Source: a virus (Duplodnaviria; Caudoviricetes). Taken from it: 57,433 bases of DNA. Position numbers and translations under genes: made by a program. The stretch is from IMG/VR virus record IMGVR_UViG_3300033145_001062, positions 1 through 57,433 of that record; one strand, given 5' to 3'. The notes beneath the pieces are model-generated. The model saw nothing but the letters and a program-made list of their open reading frames with translations, did no database searches and was not told the origin of the DNA. This document shows positions 51,980 to 57,433 of the stretch, piece after piece; position 1 is the stretch's first letter; each line of letters starts with the position of its first letter.

Positions 51980-52896
51980 GCTGCTATGCTGCATTTGCAA
52001 AGAGGGTGTAAAGGGGGCACATTAATTTCTTCATAATCCATTTTTAATTTTTGTTCCTTTCCGTCTATTTTAACTATTGATTCATCACCTAAATCAAAAA
52101 AATTAGTTTCTAAGCTAATTATAGTTCCATCTAATTGTTCACAATGTGGACATAGACGAGGCCCGAAATATGCCACCCAAATCTTCTTCTTAACCACTCC
52201 GCTCTGCCTGTATACATTTAACGCTGCCTTATTCGATGCCCGGATAACCTGATTCTGTGCTATTATCTCAGCCCGCTTAAATCCCCAGTCTTTATAAGTC
52301 TCATAAACCCGATTTGTGAGCTCTGGTACTCCCTCGCCTGCCTCTATACCTTCGATAAGCGTTGCCCTCAGCTTTTTAACATTCACCTCTTCAAGCTTCT
52401 CTGAGAACATAGGCATATAGCTTTCCAGCCATTTTGTAACCTCTGGATTCTGCACATCAAATATCATATCAAAATCATAGAGCTCAACAACTCGTGGCCC
52501 CTCTTTTTCCATCACCTCAATGCATACATTAGTCGCTCCATTAGCCAGCTTCTTCTCAAATATAGACGTAGGATATAAAATATCATCAACCTTATCTTTT
52601 GTAAGCCACGCCTTTTTCATTTTCTTTATATTGGCTATCAGGATCCGTTCCTCTTCGCCCCATACCCTTTTTAGCATCTCCTGAAATTTCTTTTCAAACG
52701 GTGCAATAGATTTAAAGAGTGCGTTAAACAGAATATCATGGGCTAGCTTTTTATCGTCTTCTTTTAGTTCCTTATTTACTGCGATGTATATTTCTTCTTT
52801 AAAAATTGAGGCTGCCTTACCGGCACATATATCATTTAAATATTGCCATGCTATCTGCTCGGCAAGTTTGTCAGTGAGGAGGTTTTGTTTAATCAT
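51961..52896 (-). CDS. Minor head / head morphogenesis protein (Mu gpF-like)
   Basis: RA..IA.....A.N, K.W......C..C..LDG, PPLHP.C.C. Confidence 0.88.
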   Translation of the reverse strand: MIKQNLLTDKLAEQIAWQYLNDICAGKAASIFKEEIYIAVNKELKEDDKKLAHDILFNALFKSIAPFEKKFQEMLKRVWGEEERILIANIKKMKKAWLTKDKVDDILYPTSIFEKKLANGATNVCIEVMEKEGPRVVELYDFDMIFDVQNPEVTKWLESYMPMFSEKLEEVNVKKLRATLIEGIEAGEGVPELTNRVYETYKDWGFKRAEIIAQNQVIRASNKAALNVYRQSGVVKKKIWVAYFGPRLCPHCEQLDGTIISLETNFFDLGDESIVKIDGKEQKLKMDYEEINVPPLHPLCKCSIAAYIEEA

Positions 52897-53189
52897 CTAG
52901 GTTCCCACATCTCACCAAAATTACAGAATCCTATATCTAACGGACCGTTATATGGCAATCTATCACATAAATAGCCACTTCCCTTACAGTGCTGGCAAAT
53001 CATATATTCTTCGGGTTTTATTACAACCCCCGCGGTAGTTTTCCATGCGGGAATTTCCTCTTTTGTTTTTCTATTAATATAAAATTTTAAACACCTTAGC
53101 CTCTTCGTCCCTTTATATTTCACATGCCTATATTTTCTATTAGTTGCAAGGCCAACCCCATCACAATATGGACATACTTCTATTTGCAT
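52893..53189 (-). CDS. Zn-finger hypothetical protein (DnaJ-like CxxCxGxG x2)
   Basis: CPYCDGVG and CQHCKGSG. Confidence 0.6.
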   Translation of the reverse strand: MQIEVCPYCDGVGLATNRKYRHVKYKGTKRLRCLKFYINRKTKEEIPAWKTTAGVVIKPEEYMICQHCKGSGYLCDRLPYNGPLDIGFCNFGEMWEPR

Positions 53190-53321
53190 AATTATCTCTC
53201 CTTTAGTTTAATCATTTTTCTATATAATACCTTTCGTACTTATCACAGAATCGCATAGTTTCAAGATGGCAAAAATAATTAAATATATCCCACATTTCTA
53301 TGAATATTTTCTTAATTAATT

Positions 53322-54764
53322 TCATCCTAAAACCTCCTTTGCATATTTTATCACCTTAGCTGTAAATTCCCTTATCTCCCCCTCATCCACCTCGCCCAGG
53401 CTATTTATAGGCACTAACCGGCCATCAACAAGTAACTCATTTGCCAGCCCCCCAATCGCCTCCAATCCCTGCTCCAATCTCACCTCATCTCGTGTCGATA
53501 TGCCAGCCTTTACCCGCTCAGTCTGCTCCCTCAGTAATAATGCCCTATCCTCCGGCACCGGATTATCAAACACACAAAAAATATTATCGTCATATAAAGG
53601 TAAAAACTTCTCATTTAACTTATCAGCAAGCCTATCACAACGAGGCAATACACCATTCTTGGAATGCCTATAATCTGCAACCTTAGCATTGGCAAGGTTG
53701 ACGCTCTTGGAGGTTAATACACCTGGGGGGATATCAAATCCTAAGCATATCTCTTCCATGTTAATATAACGGCCTTCAATAAAGTTCATCTCCTCCGGTG
53801 TCATTGTATCACTTTTAAGGTCCATGTCTAAAGGGGGAATAACTAATTGTCCTGATTTTTTTGCACCGGCATAAGCTTGAGCAAACTGAACTTTTAGCCT
53901 CTCTTGATCTTTATCGCTTATATTTACACCAGCCTTTGGTGACAGCACCCCGCCAATTCTTGCCTTGTTCTCAAACAATGCTTTTTCAAAATCATCCATC
54001 TGCTCCCGGAGATATACAGCAGTTGCTACACCCCTAACACTGCCAAAGCCTGTAAATACGTTATTCGGATTCGGGTATGTAAAGAAAATTATCTGATCCT
54101 CTGGAATCTCAACGTTTATCGCTCCCGTCCTGTATCTATAGCTCTTTATAGGTTCATCTAGATTATCCCCGAATACAGGGTTAATGAATTGTGATGGTAT
54201 AGGCCAAATCTGCTCTGGCACTCCTAGTGCATCCTTCCTTAGCCACCAATAACATTCACCTGTCAAGTCCTGATATAAAACGGTATATTCCTTCAAATCC
54301 CTCGAATTATGTTGCGGATTAACTTGCTTCATAAGGTCAAGCCAGACATGGCTTGTTACCTCCTCTACATCTGCCGCTTTAGTTAGCCAAGGGTCAAGGT
54401 TCTGTCGTGAATATATCCAAGTCTTTAGCTTATTACTCAGCGGCCTTGTCTCAATTGTGCGATAAATTTTAGTCTTCTCTTTCTTTGCCACGTATAGCCG
54501 CAGTCGCTGAGACGCTACAGTCTGGCTGTTCAACTTTGCACATATATAGACAAATCCCTGAAATGCCCGGATAAACTCTTTTTTTGTCTTTGGTTCCTTG
54601 CCAGCCAGTAACCCAGCCCCCCACATCTCCAAGTCCATAAATGCGGAGTCATCACTCATTCCTGGACGAGATAGGCCGGTTGTTGAAAATACCTCATCTA
54701 AGCCTTTGAGATAATGACCCTTTGAGCGGCCTATCATGTTCGCTATTCTTTCTATAACATTCAT
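53322..54764 (-). CDS. Portal protein (HK97 family)
   Basis: VYIC....SQTVAS, LTGECYW, F.N.A..GG.L, I...F.IPP, T.DE.R...GL. Confidence 0.93.
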   Translation of the reverse strand: MNVIERIANMIGRSKGHYLKGLDEVFSTTGLSRPGMSDDSAFMDLEMWGAGLLAGKEPKTKKEFIRAFQGFVYICAKLNSQTVASQRLRLYVAKKEKTKIYRTIETRPLSNKLKTWIYSRQNLDPWLTKAADVEEVTSHVWLDLMKQVNPQHNSRDLKEYTVLYQDLTGECYWWLRKDALGVPEQIWPIPSQFINPVFGDNLDEPIKSYRYRTGAINVEIPEDQIIFFTYPNPNNVFTGFGSVRGVATAVYLREQMDDFEKALFENKARIGGVLSPKAGVNISDKDQERLKVQFAQAYAGAKKSGQLVIPPLDMDLKSDTMTPEEMNFIEGRYINMEEICLGFDIPPGVLTSKSVNLANAKVADYRHSKNGVLPRCDRLADKLNEKFLPLYDDNIFCVFDNPVPEDRALLLREQTERVKAGISTRDEVRLEQGLEAIGGLANELLVDGRLVPINSLGEVDEGEIREFTAKVIKYAKEVLG

Positions 54765-54768
54765 AATT

Positions 54769-56241
54769 TTACCCCACCACTATAACATCCCCAATCGTCT
54801 CATATGGATTGTGAAAACACAATAAGAAAGCATCAGCCTTGTCCGGTGATGGGAAGCCTCGTTTTTTATAATCTTTCTTGCTCTCAACAACCCGTCTGCC
54901 TTTCCTGTCTAGCTCAGGTAGATATTTCCTATTCACCAACTCTTTCTTCAGCCTGTCATCCTCTGGACATGCTATCTCGTGGATAAATTTAGATACCTCA
55001 AACCACATCTCCGATATCATGTTGGGATATTTATCCGGGTCATTAGCTGATTGCTGGAAGTTAATCCTAATAATATTATAGCGTCTCCGCTCCATGATAT
55101 TTGTCAGCCCTCCACCTACTCCACCATCATCTATCTTTATCCGCATATTTTTATTTCGCCCTACAAATATCTCCAGCTCATCGGCCAGAAACTCCAATTC
55201 CTCCGTAGGTGGTAAATTTTGCGTCGGGATAACTTTACTATCAACAACCTTTAGTCCCTTTCTCCTGTAAAATACTGTGTCATCATCGCCCCCTCTAGCC
55301 ACGTCCACGCCGGCTTCTTCCTGCCCCTCGACATTAAAATTCTTATCATCCCAATTCTCCTCCATCTTCTTAACCTGGCTCAACTTGATTATCGTATCAG
55401 CACCCTGGTCAGCTATCTCACCCTTAACCTTTGTAAGATATAGTACCGAATCTTTGCCCCATTCCCTCTCACACTCCTCAACCCATGCCGGACTTGCAAT
55501 CTGGACGCCTAGCTCTGCCGGGGTCATCTCTTTTCTCTCAAATCGCTCCGGGTGCTCTAAGTCCGGTACGTCTATATATTTGAATGCCTCACCTGTCATA
55601 TATGGCGATTCATCGGCTGAAATGTGAATCTTATTCCAGTCTGACTTTTTATCCTCAAATGCTTTGTAGAAGTTTTCACCCACTCCCACGCCATCCGTTG
55701 TTGATATAACCAGCCAGCGACAAAACCCACCCGTCATCAACCCCCGTACTGAGTCCCATTGCCATTGCTCAATGCCTTTAGCCTCGTCAAATATAAATAG
55801 CAATGCCGGGGCATGCCAGCCCTCAGCTCTTGCCGGTTTATCCGTGCTGAATCCTATAGCATAATGGTCAGCCTGATCTGTTTTTATAATCGTAGTCAGG
55901 CATTCACCTTCAAGTTGTATCCGGCTTGTCTGATATATCTGGCTTATCTCAGCCCATAGGAGATTTTTGATTTGTGAGAATGTGGGAGCAGTTGTGATTA
56001 CTTTAGAGTTGTCAAAATTATTGAGGAACCAGACAGTTACTTCTGCCGCTGAAAACGTTTTGGAGCTTCCGTGGCAAGCTCTAACTGCCGTCTTCTTATT
56101 CTCTGCGACAGACTTTAATATCTCCCTTTGCTTTTTCCACGTTTTATGACCCAACGCCCATTCTACGAAAAAGACAGGATTCTTCCTGCATTCCTGCATG
56201 AGAGTGGCTTGGACTTGGATTGACTCTTCAGCTAGTTGCAA
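54769..56241 (-). CDS. terL: Terminase large subunit
   Basis: AVRACHGSSKT, TTAPT..Q...LW.EI, FDEA.G, GVDVARGGDD.T, SPDKADA. Confidence 0.93.
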   Translation of the reverse strand: MQLAEESIQVQATLMQECRKNPVFFVEWALGHKTWKKQREILKSVAENKKTAVRACHGSSKTFSAAEVTVWFLNNFDNSKVITTAPTFSQIKNLLWAEISQIYQTSRIQLEGECLTTIIKTDQADHYAIGFSTDKPARAEGWHAPALLFIFDEAKGIEQWQWDSVRGLMTGGFCRWLVISTTDGVGVGENFYKAFEDKKSDWNKIHISADESPYMTGEAFKYIDVPDLEHPERFERKEMTPAELGVQIASPAWVEECEREWGKDSVLYLTKVKGEIADQGADTIIKLSQVKKMEENWDDKNFNVEGQEEAGVDVARGGDDDTVFYRRKGLKVVDSKVIPTQNLPPTEELEFLADELEIFVGRNKNMRIKIDDGGVGGGLTNIMERRRYNIIRINFQQSANDPDKYPNMISEMWFEVSKFIHEIACPEDDRLKKELVNRKYLPELDRKGRRVVESKKDYKKRGFPSPDKADAFLLCFHNPYETIGDVIVVG

Positions 56242-56486
56242 TTGTTGTCCTCTTTTTTATATAGCCAAAACTTCCACCACTTTCTTTTATAGTCGGGACA
56301 ATCATTGTTTGCATTTTTGCTCCACGGGTAATTTCTGCACTTAATATATGGTTTTCTGTAATGACCATAATCTTCTATTTCTAACTTACACCCATCAAAA
56401 ATCGTGCGTTTCTCATTAAGATCAATTGGTTGGCGTATAACCCTTGACATAAAATATTTGCAATCTTTACAATAAACTTTCTTCAT
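56232..56486 (-). CDS. Hypothetical Cys-rich protein
   Basis: ORF track. Confidence 0.6.
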   Translation of the reverse strand: MKKVYCKDCKYFMSRVIRQPIDLNEKRTIFDGCKLEIEDYGHYRKPYIKCRNYPWSKNANNDCPDYKRKWWKFWLYKKEDNNCN

Positions 56487-56488
56487 CC

Positions 56489-56740
56489 CTAAACCTCCTT
56501 TTCTTTTACTTTGCTCGCAGTACGCTCATGATAAACTCTAAAAGCTTCAAATGTATCGCGCAAATCCTTGATGACTATTAAAGAAAACTCAGTTTCACAT
56601 ACATCACAAGACGCCTCATATAAATATTTTCCGCCATCGGTTTTATAACAATATTCATATTTTAGCGTCCTTTCTCCACACATGGGGCATTGGCTTTTCC
56701 TGGGTCTTATTATTGTTTCCATTTTAAACCTCCTAAGCAT
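56489..56740 (-). CDS. Zn-ribbon hypothetical protein
   Basis: CPMC...CDVC; AGGAGG SD before METII. Confidence 0.6.
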   Translation of the reverse strand: MLRRFKMETIIRPRKSQCPMCGERTLKYEYCYKTDGGKYLYEASCDVCETEFSLIVIKDLRDTFEAFRVYHERTASKVKEKEV

Positions 56741-56804
56741 ACTATAGAGGTTATTTTTCTGTTTATCAAACTATGCACCTATTTCAAAGCCTCCCTTATA
56801 TCTT

Positions 56805-57125
56805 TCATTTCTTACACTCTTCCATAGATTTTTTCAAATCAACCATTGATAGCCTATGTTCATGTTTTATGTTTCCTTCTATCCCTACGTTTGATGGTAA
56901 CATTTTTGCAATCATTTTATAAAACTCACCTTGACATTTATTATTCTTTTTCGCCCACTTGACTAAACCATCAACACCACCTAGCTCTTCAAACGCTTCT
57001 AAAAATGCTTCTTTTAATTCAGTAAATTTATTCTTACTCCCCTTTGGCCTTCCCGGCCCAGCTTCGGTAAGCTTGTGTTTACCGTTTTTCTGTTTGTCTT
57101 CTGTTTTTTTAACAGATTCACTCAT
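56805..57125 (-). CDS. Putative terminase small subunit
   Basis: GPGRPKGSKNK.T..K....AF..LGG...L..WA; upstream of terL. Confidence 0.75.
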   Translation of the reverse strand: MSESVKKTEDKQKNGKHKLTEAGPGRPKGSKNKFTELKEAFLEAFEELGGVDGLVKWAKKNNKCQGEFYKMIAKMLPSNVGIEGNIKHEHRLSMVDLKKSMEECKK

Positions 57126-57301
57126 TCTATTTCATCCATCAAAACTACCATAATACTATCATCCGCCTTATGGAGCTTATTAATCTTATTCAATATATCA
57201 TCAGTCGGTGTAAATTGTAAAATCAATCTTGATTCTTTGTCGCCTGATACTAAACTTTTTGTAGTCAATTGCTTCACCAAAGATTTAAACGCAACTTTCA
57301 C
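57122..57301 (-). CDS. Hypothetical 59-aa protein
   Basis: Hand translation from GTG: MKVAFKSLVKQLTTKSLVSGDKE...DEIE*; coupled at both ends. Confidence 0.6.
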   Translation of the reverse strand: MKVAFKSLVKQLTTKSLVSGDKESRLILQFTPTDDILNKINKLHKADDSIMVVLMDEIE

Positions 57302-57319
57302 TTCCCTTTCCCTTTCATA

Positions 57320-57433
57320 CTGAATATCTTATTTCTGTTATCTACAATCTGCTTCTCAAAATTAGATGTAATTTTAGTACAATTTTCTTTTTGATTTTTT
57401 ATATCTGTTTTTATACTCCCTATGTCGATTTTC
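57320..57433. repeat. Terminal direct repeat, right copy
   Basis: Identical to 1-114. Confidence 0.97.

Noticed and set aside
56056-56085. Deviant terminase Walker A (HGSSKT) as inactivation
   Set aside because: Lys-Thr, Walker B and nuclease acidic motifs are intact; terminase P-loops are often non-canonical.
1-57433. tRNA, rRNA or alternative genetic code
   Set aside because: No cloverleaf or rRNA-like segment recognised by eye, and long genes are intact under the standard code; tRNAscan was not run.

Overview
The window is an apparently complete, circularly permuted, AT-rich siphovirus-like bacteriophage genome. Bases 1-114 repeat exactly at 57320-57433, giving a unit length of about 57.3 kb. 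Almost every real gene is on the minus strand. Reading that strand, the order is: terminases, HK97-type portal, minor head protein, a 1014-aa prohead protease-AAA+ ATPase fusion, two tandem paralogous major capsid proteins, neck genes interrupted by a large glycosyltransferase/LicD/radical-SAM/methyltransferase cluster, tail tube, frameshifting chaperones, tape measure and tail tip. An early/replication module follows (Sak4-like ATPase, SSB, initiator, RuvC, DUF5131, several HNH/GIY-YIG nucleases), then accessory genes and lysis genes (holin, NlpC/P60 endolysin, possible spanins). I recognised no integrase or DNA polymerase. Sigma70 promoters and GGAG Shine-Dalgarno motifs indicate a bacterial host. 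Four features stand out. (1) A cassette array at 6.3-8.2 kb whose six ~36-39 bp linkers each encode a conserved ~12-aa micro-ORF coupled to both neighbouring genes. (2) A family of five switch-like structured RNA leaders, four with their own promoter and three in front of HNH genes. (3) The protease-AAA+ fusion together with dual capsid proteins. (4) A probable virion-glycosylation cluster. All protein calls are from motif recognition by eye; no database searches were run.
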